Source: a virus
Length of the DNA: 64,000 nt
IMG/VR virus record: IMGVR_UViG_3300032298_001311
Coordinates: 32,001-96,000 of that record
Strand: one strand, 5' to 3'
Position 1 is the first letter of the stretch; the number at the start of each line of letters is the position of its first letter. Made by a program: the position numbers and the translations under genes. Shown piece by piece: positions 9,208 through 18,679 of the stretch. The notes under the pieces were generated by a model. That model searched no databases. It saw only the letters and a list, made by a program, of their open reading frames with translations, and had not been told where the DNA came from.

Positions 9208-9420
9208 TTATATTTTTTTGATTGCTTTAGTTAATGCTTCTTGTTCTTTAATTAATACGAGATTGTCGTCACCAGTTACAGATACTTCACGACCTGAATC
9301 CATATAGATAGTAAATTCATAAAGTGATCCTTTAAATCCAACTTTATTATCTACATTAGTAATAGATTCAATCTTCTCAACGATAATATTTTCGCCGGTT
9401 GATAACGGGAATACAGTCAT
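9208..9420 (-). CDS. Hypothetical protein
   Basis: Start moved to MTVFP (AAGGA RBS). Confidence 0.45.
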   Translation of the reverse strand: MTVFPLSTGENIIVEKIESITNVDNKVGFKGSLYEFTIYMDSGREVSVTGDDNLVLIKEQEALTKAIKKI

Positions 9421-9430
9421 TTTCTGTCCT

Positions 9431-9658
9431 TTAATTTTCGATAACTTTTGGAACACATTTAACTTTAACATAATATGGATCGCCTAATTTTGGTGCAAAG
9501 GCAAGTCCCGCTATTCTTGTCTGCCCTTCTATTAAACATGACATCGGGGAGTTTTGATGTTCCCCGATAACAGTCGTCACTTCTGCATTCTCTTGATTAC
9601 AATCTTTTTCCGGAACACTTGTGTGACATATTAGAATAATTGGAATATACTTTATCAA
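9431..9658 (-). CDS. Small four-cysteine exported protein
   Basis: Hydrophobic N-terminus; C-x8-C-x20-C-x26-C ending VKVKC. Confidence 0.55.
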   Translation of the reverse strand: MIKYIPIILICHTSVPEKDCNQENAEVTTVIGEHQNSPMSCLIEGQTRIAGLAFAPKLGDPYYVKVKCVPKVIEN

Positions 9659-9660
9659 TA

Positions 9661-9840
9661 CTATCCCTTACATACAGTAGCTATCTTAATCTTATGTAAC
9701 TCAGTTCCTTTAGGAAGAGTCTGTTCGATAATTCCGCTCTTGCAAGAAGTCTTATCTAATTGAACTTCCTTATACTGGCATAGATTGTTTCCACCAAGAT
9801 TTAGGCATGTGTATAGGGTAGCTGCGATTAAAGTCTTCAT
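9661..9840 (-). CDS. Small four-cysteine protein (paralog B)
   Basis: Start MKTLIAAT (AGGAGA RBS); C-x8-C-x11-C-x23-C. Confidence 0.6.
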   Translation of the reverse strand: MKTLIAATLYTCLNLGGNNLCQYKEVQLDKTSCKSGIIEQTLPKGTELHKIKIATVCKG

Positions 9841-9906
9841 CTGTCTCTCCTTGTGTGTGTAATAGTATAATATACTATCTCTGTTGACTAAAGCCAAAAG
9901 TATTTA

Positions 9907-10080
9907 TTAAGATTTATGGCACTTAACATGAATTTTAGCGTCTTCAAAAACACCATCATTTGGAACTTTTGCGTCTAATGTTCCAATACTGCAAGCTCTA
10001 CTTTCAATTTGAACTTGTTTTTGTTCGCATGGACCGCTATTCAAACACATTAAAAGTGTAGCCATAACAAAAGTCTTCAT
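9907..10080 (-). CDS. Small four-cysteine protein (paralog A; not in ORF track)
   Basis: MKTFVMATLLMCLNSGPCEQKQVQIESRACSIGTLDAKVPNDGVFEDAKIHVKCHKS; AAGGAG RBS; C-x5-C-x11-C-x23-C. Confidence 0.6.
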   Translation of the reverse strand: MKTFVMATLLMCLNSGPCEQKQVQIESRACSIGTLDAKVPNDGVFEDAKIHVKCHKS

Positions 10081-10427
10081 ATAATACTCCTTACAAAGAT
10101 AGTATTTATTCGCTCTTTTGATCAGAGTTTACTGGTAATTTTTCTTCTAATATTTTCTTCACATTGGAGAATTCTCTAAAAGGAAGAAATTTCCCCAATT
10201 TTGAAGACCAAACTTCTTCATCTAAAGCTCGTTCGTATTTCTTTAGAATTTCTTGAAGTTCTTCAATATTCATAGTTACATTCCAAATTGTTTCTTAACA
10301 ATTGCAACGGCTACGTCAAATGCTTCTCCGAGCGTGACATCATTTAAACCTTTTGATAAAACTTCACGCATTGCTTCTACAGCAGCAGTTTTAGTTTCTT
10401 CGCTAATCTCAAACATTTATATCTCCA

Positions 10428-10628
10428 TTATTTGCAAGGACGAAAAGCAGTAGAATAAGGACCAGTCTTATATTCACAAACTTTTTGTCTCGGTCTTGTA
10501 CTCTTATAATAGACACCATTGGTGTCTGCGTCAACACCTAATTTGTCTGCGACCTCCACAATAGTTAAACCTGCATTTACAGCATTACATCCTGTTAAGA
10601 ATAAAGATAAAAGAATAACATATCTCAT
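10428..10628 (-). CDS. Small lipoprotein
   Basis: Lipobox LTGC after a hydrophobic signal. Confidence 0.55.
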   Translation of the reverse strand: MRYVILLSLFLTGCNAVNAGLTIVEVADKLGVDADTNGVYYKSTRPRQKVCEYKTGPYSTAFRPCK

Positions 10629-10957
10629 GATCGTGTTCCTCTATATTTTTCTAGGGTAGAATGTAATATATCAATAGAACTATCGTTCATTTTTGTTTTA
10701 TGAGTCTTTGACATTAAACAATACTTGCCTGATCCGTATTGGATGATTATTGTTTCCTGATCATTAAGAGGAGTAAACAGTACTTCTAAAGTTTGTCCAT
10801 CCTTCGTTAATGATTGAAACAAAGTTTGAAATTTATTATCCTCAATATATTTCATAACTTCGTCTTTGTTGTAACATTGAGGGCCAACGCTTGGTTTAGC
10901 GTTGACCATATCGTAGGTTAATAATCCTACTAATAATCCTAAAAGGATTAATCTCAT
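10625..10957 (-). CDS. Small secreted protein
   Basis: Signal peptide ending VNA; two Cys. Confidence 0.5.
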   Translation of the reverse strand: MRLILLGLLVGLLTYDMVNAKPSVGPQCYNKDEVMKYIEDNKFQTLFQSLTKDGQTLEVLFTPLNDQETIIIQYGSGKYCLMSKTHKTKMNDSSIDILHSTLEKYRGTRS

Positions 10958-10958
10958 A

Positions 10959-11150
10959 TTACTTCTTTACTGGAGCAGGAACAACAGCAGTACCGGCCTT
11001 GTTCTGAATCTCTAGCGGAGGCTTCCATCCTTGGAAGGAAGTTGCCTTCTTTGGAGCAACTGGAGTAGTAACTGTGTGTCCTGGAACGTGAGCTGCTATT
11101 GCTGCGGTACTAAAAAAAACAGCAAATAGAATAGTTGTGATCTTACGCAT
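10959..11150 (-). CDS. Small secreted protein
   Basis: Signal peptide ending AIA; Pro/Ala-rich. Confidence 0.5.
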   Translation of the reverse strand: MRKITTILFAVFFSTAAIAAHVPGHTVTTPVAPKKATSFQGWKPPLEIQNKAGTAVVPAPVKK

Positions 11151-11171
11151 TTTGTTTCTCCATTTAATAAA

Positions 11172-12377
11172 TTACTTATTTTCTTTAAAAAGATAATTGA
11201 ATAGTTCCGGAAGGTAATTTTCTATTGATCTATTTCTAAATTTATCTGATTTTTCAATAAAAGTTTTTGCTCTATTAAATTTATCAGATTTATTATCTTG
11301 TGGTTCTTCTAGCCATTCTATTAATGTATTAAATTGATCAAAATTTGGAAGGTATTCTTCGTCTTTCCAAGTCTCTTTCATATTTTTTAAATTATTAATT
11401 TCAATTTGACGATACTCTAAATCTAGTATGTGACAATTAACATAATCGGGATTTACTGCATTTTGAATATGTATACTTGTAGGTATCTTATATTCTTGTG
11501 TAAGTCTTTTCCAAAAAGAAAAAACCTCATGTATACCTAAAGAATTGAAGATGCTCAATGTGGTGCTTAATGATATACCATGTCTTTGAGGATTTTCTTT
11601 TACAAGTTGGAAATATCTTCTAACATTTTTTTCAACTTTTTCCCATGATACAGGGTATCTTATATAATCGTTTATTTTATTATATCCGTCAATAGATACA
11701 CCAACATGAACATATTTAAAACTCTCCCATAGACTAATCATTTTATCGGACATACCTGTTAGATTTGTTACATAATGTAAACTTATATTATGACTTTTTC
11801 CTTGTTCTATTAGTTTTTGAAGGAATTCCATGTGTTCTTCCATTATTGTAGGTTCGCCACCTATAAACTGTATTCTATTTAAATTAGGAAAAGCATTACA
11901 TAATTCGTCAATTTTTTCTTTTGTTATAGATGACCTTGGATTCTTCATTAGAGATCCAAAAATATATTCATGTTCTTCTTCCCATAGAGTACTAGAATGC
12001 CATGAACATGTCATACATTTACTGTTACATTTTGATCCCAACGACAAGTCTAAAAAATAAATGTCGTTTGGATTTAAAATTTTATTCATAGGAATTTCTG
12101 AATTTGGTAAATGATTATTCCATCCAGTCCTCATAGAAGTATTACTAGCATTTTCGGATATTTTACATCTAGTGCATACTTCTGGCCATTCGCCATTTAT
12201 AAGTTGTTCTCTAAATTCGATTAAACTTTTTTTATTAATACTTTCTAAAATAGAATTATAAGATTCCTCGTCTTTTTTCCAATTAAGAGTCGAACAACAA
12301 GGTTGGGTTTCTCCCATAACATTGATATTAATCGATCCAAAAGCTAATCCGCAATAAATGGGAGTTTTTTTATCCAT
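11172..12377 (-). CDS. Radical SAM protein with N-terminal SPASM/twitch-like Cys cluster
   Basis: CNSKCMTC (CxxxCxxC), GGEP, YVTN, SIDG; N-terminal C...PCC...CTRC. Confidence 0.85.
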   Translation of the reverse strand: MDKKTPIYCGLAFGSININVMGETQPCCSTLNWKKDEESYNSILESINKKSLIEFREQLINGEWPEVCTRCKISENASNTSMRTGWNNHLPNSEIPMNKILNPNDIYFLDLSLGSKCNSKCMTCSWHSSTLWEEEHEYIFGSLMKNPRSSITKEKIDELCNAFPNLNRIQFIGGEPTIMEEHMEFLQKLIEQGKSHNISLHYVTNLTGMSDKMISLWESFKYVHVGVSIDGYNKINDYIRYPVSWEKVEKNVRRYFQLVKENPQRHGISLSTTLSIFNSLGIHEVFSFWKRLTQEYKIPTSIHIQNAVNPDYVNCHILDLEYRQIEINNLKNMKETWKDEEYLPNFDQFNTLIEWLEEPQDNKSDKFNRAKTFIEKSDKFRNRSIENYLPELFNYLFKENK

Positions 12378-12389
12378 GGAGTATTTATA

Positions 12390-12479
12390 TGGCGGAAGAG
12401 GTGAGATTCGAACTCACGGTAGGCTTGCACCTACGGCGGTTTTCAAGACCGCTGCCTTAAACCACTCGGCCACCCTTCC
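12390..12479 (-). tRNA. tRNA-Ser(TGA)
   Basis: Class II cloverleaf, GCGGT-CTTGAAA-ACCGC, GCCA end. Confidence 0.95.
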
Positions 12480-12480
12480 G

Positions 12481-12909
12481 TTAAGTGTATTCATAGTTTA
12501 CACTATCTTCGTTTACTCTCAATATTTTAGCACCATTGTCGGTATGAAATCTACTAGCAGTAAATGTTTGAGGACTAAGAGTTATAAAACGATTAATTTC
12601 TGGTTTCTGTTCTTTTATATAGTCTTTTGCTTTAAAGAGCAGCCTTCTTCCTGATCCTGGCTTATAACTCCAAATGGTATAAAAAATTGCCATAGTCGGA
12701 TTATCAGAAGATATTAAATCTTCTATACTAGAAGGTATATGATCTTGATAGCTAACACAAACTACAGCAGCAGGATCGTTATTGTCTAGAAGGACTATTA
12801 TTTCTTTATTACCAATAATTCGTTCAAGAGCATATATGTCTTTACGTACAGGATCATCTTTTATTAAGTTTAATAATGGATCTCTTATATCATTAATTAT
12901 ATGTAGCAT
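12481..12909 (-). CDS. Hypothetical protein, possibly GNAT-like fold
   Basis: FYTIWSYKPGSGRRLL and RFH..NGA resemble an acetyl-CoA binding loop. Confidence 0.4.
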   Translation of the reverse strand: MLHIINDIRDPLLNLIKDDPVRKDIYALERIIGNKEIIVLLDNNDPAAVVCVSYQDHIPSSIEDLISSDNPTMAIFYTIWSYKPGSGRRLLFKAKDYIKEQKPEINRFITLSPQTFTASRFHTDNGAKILRVNEDSVNYEYT

Positions 12910-13191
12910 TTACCAACCGTAATATCCGTACCCGTAAGCTGGCCCATAATATCCACCGTAAGGATAATAATAAACTGGAGGAGCATAATAATATTGTGGT
13001 GCATAATAATATTGTTGTGAAGCTATAGCACCTCCGATTATTGCGCCTGCAATTGCAGCACCAGCCATTGCACCACCGTATCCATATCCTCCGTAATACC
13101 CGCCGTACCCATAACGATACCAAGCATTAGCTGGTGCAATAGATGCTACAGTTATTCCGATTATAGTTATAAAAGCAAGAAGTTTTTTCAT
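12910..13191 (-). CDS. Secreted Gly/Tyr-rich small protein (Rhizobiales-like)
   Basis: Signal peptide (ANA), GY repeats, GAAIAGAIIGGAIA segment. Confidence 0.55.
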   Translation of the reverse strand: MKKLLAFITIIGITVASIAPANAWYRYGYGGYYGGYGYGGAMAGAAIAGAIIGGAIASQQYYYAPQYYYAPPVYYYPYGGYYGPAYGYGYYGW

Positions 13192-13221
13192 TGTGTTCTC
13201 CTTCTTGCTTATTTAACAGTA

Positions 13222-13719
13222 TTATTCTTCCTTTGGAATTAAACTTTCTAACGGGGTTGGTGTAAAGTTTAACATCTCTACACAACAGTTTATATAACTC
13301 GACTCCGGTACTGAATTTTTATGGACATGTCCGTGTAAGTTATACTTTGTCTTATACAATGACGAAGTATGAACAGGAACATGCGTCAGTAGACAGTTAT
13401 ATTCCGGAAACATTCTCCACATCATAATTTTCTGGAAATTCTTATGTAAGTTTTCACACTTGCCATTATCATGATTTCCAAGGATCAAACGCTTGCGTCC
13501 TTTTAGGCGATTAAGTACTTCGTGACCTTTCCCAAAATAAACATCACCAAGATGATATACGATATCTCCATCGGAGACAACTCGATTCCAGTTTTCAACC
13601 ATTGTTTCATTCATATGCTCCACTGATTCAAACAGACGGAGGAATTCTCCGTCTGTGGTTTTGAATTTAAGGATATTCGTATGACCAAAGTGCGTATCCG
13701 AAATTACAAAGATGGTCAT
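13222..13719 (-). CDS. Calcineurin-like metallophosphoesterase
   Basis: SDTHFGH, HLGD, GNHD, THVP, HGHVH. Confidence 0.88.
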   Translation of the reverse strand: MTIFVISDTHFGHTNILKFKTTDGEFLRLFESVEHMNETMVENWNRVVSDGDIVYHLGDVYFGKGHEVLNRLKGRKRLILGNHDNGKCENLHKNFQKIMMWRMFPEYNCLLTHVPVHTSSLYKTKYNLHGHVHKNSVPESSYINCCVEMLNFTPTPLESLIPKEE

Positions 13720-15536
13720 TACGACTCCCTAATTGGTTCCTTTCCATCTAGCAGATCGATTATTTCTTGTCCGCTCAATGTCTCATATAGTATAAGGCCT
13801 TGTGCAAGTTTGTCAAGTTGATCACGCTTCTCTATTAGGATTTGTTTTGCCGTTTCATATCCTTCTTGAATAAAACGACGGACTTCGTTATCGATTACCT
13901 TTTGGGTTTCTTGTGATATATGTTGTTCACGACCCATTGAATAACCGAGGAACTGTTCCTGCTGTGGCTCACTATAAGCAACTGTTCCAAGTTTATCACT
14001 AAAGCCTAATTGGGTAACCATAGCACGAGCAATTCGAGTAGCCTGTTGGATATCACCAGCAGCACCTGAACTTACCTTATCGTGTCCAAAAATTAATTCT
14101 TCAGCAACACGACCTCCCATTGCCATTGCCAACATTGCAATCAACTGTTCGTAGGTTTGACTAATCTCGTCACGTTCCGGAAGTGATTGCACCATACCTA
14201 AAGCACGACCTCTCGGTATGATTGTAGCTTTATGGATCGGTGTAGATCCTGGCATATTAAGACTTACAAGAGCATGTCCTCCTTCGTGATAAGCAGTCAT
14301 CTTTTTCTCATCATCGGTCATTAATAATGTGCGACGCTCTGCTCCCATAAGAATTTTATCACGGGCATCTTCAAATTCCTGTTTAGTAACAATTCTCTTA
14401 CTGCGACGAGCAGCAAGTAGAGCCGCCTCGTTAACAAGATTCATTAAGTCAGCACCACTAAATCCGGGTGTGCCACGAGCAACTACTTTAAGATCAACAT
14501 CTGGAGCAAGTGGAACTTTACGTGCGTGAACTTTAAGTATTTTTTCACGTCCTGTAATATCTGGATTACCTACAGTAATCTGACGATCAAATCTTCCTGG
14601 ACGAAGTAATGCAGGATCGAGAACATCAACTCTGTTAGTTGCTGCTATGATAATAATACCTTCGTTAGGTTCAAAGCCGTCCATTTCAACAAGTAAAGCA
14701 TTAAGTGTTTGTTCACGCTCATCGTTACCACCGCCTAATCCGGCACCACGATGTCTACCAACAGCATCAACTTCGTCAACAAACACAATACATGGAGCAT
14801 TTTTCTTTGCTTGTTCAAACATGTCACGAACACGACTTGCACCAACACCAACAAACATCTCAACAAAGTCTGAACCAGAAATGCTAAAAAACGGGACTCC
14901 TGCTTCACCTGCTACTGCTTTAGCAAGTAGAGTTTTACCAGTACCTGGTGGTCCAACTAATAGAACACCTCTTGGAATTTTACCACCAACAAGTTCAAAC
15001 TTGTTAGGATTCTTAAGAAAATCTACAACCTCTTGTAGGTCTTCCTTTGCTTCGTCAACACCTGCAACATCTTCAAATGTCACTGTGCCTTGCGATTCCA
15101 TAAGTTTGGCTTTTGATTTACCAAATCCCATAGCACCGCCCATGCCACCTCCTCCTCGCATACCCCTTGCTAACCAATACCATACAAGTATGAATACAAT
15201 TAAAGGTAGCAAATTTGCAGCTAATAGAGATGTCCAAGTTTCACCACCTACTGGTTTAACTGTAATTTGTACTTTTTTATCCTGTAGTTTTGTAATAAGT
15301 GTTGGGTCATTTGGGACATATGTTTGAAAAGTTCTGTTATCACTAAAATGACCCTGAACATCACTTCCACTAATCAAAACATCGTGGACACGACCTTCAC
15401 TGATTTGAACAAGAAAATCGCTAAAATTGATTTCTCTTGTACTAGGCTTACTCTCTTGATTTTGCCACATAGCAAACAGAATACCTGCCACTACAGAAAA
15501 AACAATCCAAGGTATATACTTCTTAAGGTTTTTCAT
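13719..15536 (-). CDS. ftsH: ATP-dependent zinc metalloprotease FtsH
   Basis: Two N-terminal TMs, [21 protein letters not shown] (ATNR...LRPGRFDR), HEGGH. Confidence 0.97.
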   Translation of the reverse strand: MKNLKKYIPWIVFSVVAGILFAMWQNQESKPSTREINFSDFLVQISEGRVHDVLISGSDVQGHFSDNRTFQTYVPNDPTLITKLQDKKVQITVKPVGGETWTSLLAANLLPLIVFILVWYWLARGMRGGGGMGGAMGFGKSKAKLMESQGTVTFEDVAGVDEAKEDLQEVVDFLKNPNKFELVGGKIPRGVLLVGPPGTGKTLLAKAVAGEAGVPFFSISGSDFVEMFVGVGASRVRDMFEQAKKNAPCIVFVDEVDAVGRHRGAGLGGGNDEREQTLNALLVEMDGFEPNEGIIIIAATNRVDVLDPALLRPGRFDRQITVGNPDITGREKILKVHARKVPLAPDVDLKVVARGTPGFSGADLMNLVNEAALLAARRSKRIVTKQEFEDARDKILMGAERRTLLMTDDEKKMTAYHEGGHALVSLNMPGSTPIHKATIIPRGRALGMVQSLPERDEISQTYEQLIAMLAMAMGGRVAEELIFGHDKVSSGAAGDIQQATRIARAMVTQLGFSDKLGTVAYSEPQQEQFLGYSMGREQHISQETQKVIDNEVRRFIQEGYETAKQILIEKRDQLDKLAQGLILYETLSGQEIIDLLDGKEPIRES

Positions 15537-15586
15537 GATATATTCCTAATAGTTATATTTTTACTTATCTGCATATTTTATATAAT

Positions 15587-16309
15587 TTATCTTGTAATAA
15601 GACAGTGGGCGATTATTCTCTCGTCCGATCTTAAGACAGTTTCATATATATTATTTTTTTTAATAGTTAATCCATATATCTTATCTTCTGGAGTTATATT
15701 GCTAAAAAAGAATATTTTAATTTTTTTAATAGATGATTGTATTTTGTTGAAGGTTAAATGTTCACTTAGGTATACCAAGTTAATATAGTTGGCAAAATAT
15801 AATATTCTAACTCCATTAAAATATGCCTCTGGGCTAAACAACAAATCTTTATAGTCTTCTTTATTTTGTATATCTATATATTTTTTCTTTATTTCTTTAT
15901 GTTCTGAAGAAAATGTAATACTTGTATTTTCAAAAACAGTTGAATTCTGTAATGGAGTATCTCTAATTAAAATATTAGAGTTAAGGTCCTTTTTTACAAA
16001 TATTGTATCAACAATGGCATTTGCTGTGTTTCCTGTACAACAAATAGCATGTTTAGATCTATAAATTTGATTATTAAATTTATAAATTTTGCTTATAATT
16101 TCAGCATTATCGAATTCTTTAAAAGAGTCTTGTCCTTCACCGAAGTCTATTTCGAGAGCAAATACACTTGCATATAGTCTTTGATTTTGTTCATTTATAG
16201 TGGAAATCTTCTTTAAGAAAGCCCAATGATTCTCAGCTAATGTTTTAGATAACCATACAGGATCTAATCCATTATAATTTAAATGAGGCATTCCTATTTC
16301 AAAATTCAT
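15587..16309 (-). CDS. Putative tandem hot-dog-fold biosynthetic protein (Pnap_2097-like)
   Basis: N-terminal GMPHL..GL...WL.K....HW resembles that family, from memory; not searched. Confidence 0.45.
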   Translation of the reverse strand: MNFEIGMPHLNYNGLDPVWLSKTLAENHWAFLKKISTINEQNQRLYASVFALEIDFGEGQDSFKEFDNAEIISKIYKFNNQIYRSKHAICCTGNTANAIVDTIFVKKDLNSNILIRDTPLQNSTVFENTSITFSSEHKEIKKKYIDIQNKEDYKDLLFSPEAYFNGVRILYFANYINLVYLSEHLTFNKIQSSIKKIKIFFFSNITPEDKIYGLTIKKNNIYETVLRSDERIIAHCLITR

Positions 16310-16322
16310 ACTTAAATCCCTT

Positions 16323-16397
16323 TGGTGCTAATGGTAGGAATTGAACCTACTTTAAAGACCTTATGAGAGTCCCTCGATGCCATACCGACCCACTAGC
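16323..16397 (-). tRNA. Atypical tRNA with CAT anticodon (Met or lysidine-Ile2)
   Basis: GCTAGTG/CATTAGC acceptor, GTAGG-TTCAATT-CCTAC T-arm, CT-CAT-AA loop, ACCA; G8-G9 instead of T8-A9. Confidence 0.75.
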
Positions 16398-16398
16398 A

Positions 16399-16593
16399 TT
16401 ACGTAACCTTTTCTATCTGATAGATATCAATAAATCCTTTTTGAGTATTTGCGTATTCAGTTGCTTTAATAAGATCATCAAACCAAACTTTGTATTCGTT
16501 ACCTTGATATTTTCCGTAAACTATATAACCTTCTCTCGGTTCCATAACACACCTTATAATAATTGGCGACCTGGATGGGGCTCGAACCCACAA
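16399..16593 (-). CDS. Hypothetical protein
   Basis: Short ORF between tRNAs; real start probably the internal MEPREG. Confidence 0.35.
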   Translation of the reverse strand: MWVRAPSRSPIIIRCVMEPREGYIVYGKYQGNEYKVWFDDLIKATEYANTQKGFIDIYQIEKVT

Positions 16594-16640
16594 CTTCCGC
16601 CGTGACAGGGCGGTGCTCTAACCAATTGAACTACCAGGCC
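16564..16640 (-). tRNA. tRNA-Asp(GTC)
   Basis: Cloverleaf, CCGCC-CTGTCAC-GGCGG, GCCA. Confidence 0.95.
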
Positions 16641-16645
16641 ATAAG

Positions 16646-16721
16646 TGGCTCTCCGACCAGGACTCGAACCTGGGACCCAGCGATTAACAGTCGCTTGCTC
16701 TACCGGCTGAGCTATCGGGAA
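16646..16721 (-). tRNA. tRNA-Asn(GTT)
   Basis: Cloverleaf, CT-GTT-AA loop, GCCA; one acceptor mismatch. Confidence 0.92.
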
Positions 16722-16749
16722 ATAACTTACAAACTTATATTAACATCTA

Positions 16750-17178
16750 TTAGTGTGTAGTCAACCTATTGATTACCATACTTACCCATTTGTCAGTATC
16801 ATAATCTGTTACTCTAATATCGTAGTTTATAGGAGGTTCAAATAATGTATTAGTATCATTAAATCTTCCTTGTTTTATAGTGTCTATCCATATAGTGATA
16901 TCGGCATTAAAAATTTTACGATATTCTTCTAAAGGACACACATAATCACAAACAGCTATAATTTTATTTTCTTTACAAATATTTGCCTTTTCAGACATTC
17001 TTTCTGTTTGTCGTAGTCTTCCCTCCCGAGAAAAATCCCAATCATTATACATTTTACGAATATCGTCACCATTATACCAAGAAAATGACTTACCCTCATT
17101 ACTTAATCTATCTATTAATTTATGAGCAAATGTAGTTTTACCTGCACCAGGTAATCCCATTATTAGTATTTTATACAT
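16750..17178 (-). CDS. Adenylylsulfate (APS) kinase-like P-loop protein, short form
   Basis: GLPGAGKTT, NGDDIR, D/W-FS.EGR..Q, F..P..YD. Confidence 0.7.
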   Translation of the reverse strand: MYKILIMGLPGAGKTTFAHKLIDRLSNEGKSFSWYNGDDIRKMYNDWDFSREGRLRQTERMSEKANICKENKIIAVCDYVCPLEEYRKIFNADITIWIDTIKQGRFNDTNTLFEPPINYDIRVTDYDTDKWVSMVINRLTTH

Positions 17179-17190
17179 AGATTATTTATT

Positions 17191-17267
17191 TGGAGCACCT
17201 GGTAAGATTTGAACTCACAACCTACGGTTTCGAAGACCGCCGCTCCATCCAGTTGAGCTATAGATGC
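17191..17267 (-). tRNA. tRNA-Arg(TCG)
   Basis: Cloverleaf, GCGGT-CTTCGAA-ACCGT, TCCA. Confidence 0.9.
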
Positions 17268-17821
17268 GCTTTTAGTTTTTCAAAAACTATTTGATTACCG
17301 GTATCATTGTAATGATTTATTAATCCTTGATGTTTTTCAAATACTTGTTTAAAAGAGATCATGGCAGGAAATTTATATAAACCTTTCCAATTAAAACTTG
17401 TTATATGCAATACAGGATAATCTTTAGTTATTTCGTCAATTTGTTTACAAATAAGGTTATGTGTAAATTCTGCATAATCTAAATCAAAATATTTTTCATA
17501 ATAATCTACTATAGACAGTTCTTTATGATATTCAACATCTGAATATATAAAATCGCTATTCTTATGTAATATATCATTATAATGTAAAGGATGTTTTCTA
17601 ACATAAAGTCTATACGGACTTGTATGTGAAATAATAACAATATCAAAATTATTTAAGTTTATTGATTTTAATTGTTGATGAATTTTATATTCGCCGCACC
17701 CTGCTTGAGCAAGATTTGTTACTTTATATTCTTTTGATAACATATTAGGCCAACCGCAGCCTTGATATTTTATAGTCCAATCGGCAGCAAAACTATCGCC
17801 ACATATTAATATTTTTTTCAT
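17258..17821 (-). CDS. Hypothetical SGNH-like protein
   Basis: ICGDSF, NLAQAG, late H motif. Confidence 0.5.
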   Translation of the reverse strand: MKKILICGDSFAADWTIKYQGCGWPNMLSKEYKVTNLAQAGCGEYKIHQQLKSINLNNFDIVIISHTSPYRLYVRKHPLHYNDILHKNSDFIYSDVEYHKELSIVDYYEKYFDLDYAEFTHNLICKQIDEITKDYPVLHITSFNWKGLYKFPAMISFKQVFEKHQGLINHYNDTGNQIVFEKLKAHL

Positions 17822-17831
17822 GGTGTATTTA

Positions 17832-17860
17832 AAAGGGAGGAAACGGACGGTCCTCCCTTT
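17832..17860 (-). terminator. Intrinsic terminator after the peptidase gene
   Basis: aaagggagga/tcctcccttt 10-bp stem. Confidence 0.7.
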
Positions 17861-17866
17861 ATGATT

Positions 17867-18394
17867 TTATCGTCTTGCTTCAATGTGCATGTGATTATAA
17901 TGTCCTCTTACTTTCCAAAGGACTGCATAACCGGCTGCTCTAGCACGAGCAGCAACACCATCAAACCAATGTCTTGTTCTTGGGTTAGAAGCTTCAACAA
18001 CGCCGCGACCTACATTTATATCGATAGCACGACCTGCATAATGTCCATGACCATGATGGACATGATGAACACCGCCAAACGCAGGATGTTCCGAAACTCT
18101 AATACCTTGATGTTGTAACATACGGCCGTACGCTACTATACTCGGTGATGCTTTACCAGCATAATGTTGGCTGTATGTATTGTAATAACTGTGTCTTAAA
18201 GGAACACGATTACGAAGTTGTGGTGATACACCCCATCTGTCGTTGCTGGTTCCAAGAATGTGGTCAATCGGACTTTCCCACGATTCTTCATAGTTTGAAT
18301 ACTGAGTATTCTTATAGTAACGACGAGCTTCCGCTGTACTGCTACTCGCAGCCAATACGATAGCCATAGCTACCAATAATATAATCCTCTTCAT
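17867..18394 (-). CDS. Secreted Zn peptidase, M15/LAS-type (peptidoglycan endopeptidase-like)
   Basis: Signal peptide; H-x6-D (HYAGRAID) and HxH (HMHIE). Confidence 0.65.
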   Translation of the reverse strand: MKRIILLVAMAIVLAASSSTAEARRYYKNTQYSNYEESWESPIDHILGTSNDRWGVSPQLRNRVPLRHSYYNTYSQHYAGKASPSIVAYGRMLQHQGIRVSEHPAFGGVHHVHHGHGHYAGRAIDINVGRGVVEASNPRTRHWFDGVAARARAAGYAVLWKVRGHYNHMHIEARR

Positions 18395-18542
18395 TTATTT
18401 CCTTTCAATAAGCGCAACTTTGTATTATTCTTATTATTCTTAAGTTGCGTCTGCCAATCACGGGTCCGTGTATGATCAGCTATCCCCACCAAAAAGGGCA
18501 GGTTGTATATTTATCGGAAAAATATGAAGAAAAAACTACAGT

Positions 18543-18668
18543 TTACTTTGGTAGCATAAAATGCCCGTAAGCATCGAATAGCCACTGTGGTTGTGGTAAA
18601 AGACTCCAACCAACAATAAGGCCAGCACCAAAAGCTAAAATTGTAGTAACAAAAACTAACTTTTTCAT
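18543..18668 (-). CDS. 41-aa single-TM microprotein (not in ORF track)
   Basis: MKKLVFVTTILAFGAGLIVGWSLLPQPQWLFDAYGHFMLPK; TAAATA-N4-ATG. Confidence 0.55.
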   Translation of the reverse strand: MKKLVFVTTILAFGAGLIVGWSLLPQPQWLFDAYGHFMLPK

Positions 18669-18679
18669 ACAGTATTTAT

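Noticed and set aside
14647-15327. 226-aa + strand ORF (and similar ones inside dnaK, nrdA, clpP, 57236-58357)
   Set aside because: Antisense shadows of conserved genes with biased codons; no motifs or RBS
18479-18505. AACCTGCCCTTTTTGGTGGGGATAGC resembles a 16S rRNA helix 7/8 segment
   Set aside because: Only about 25 nt with no flanking rRNA similarity; better explained as part of the peptidase leader
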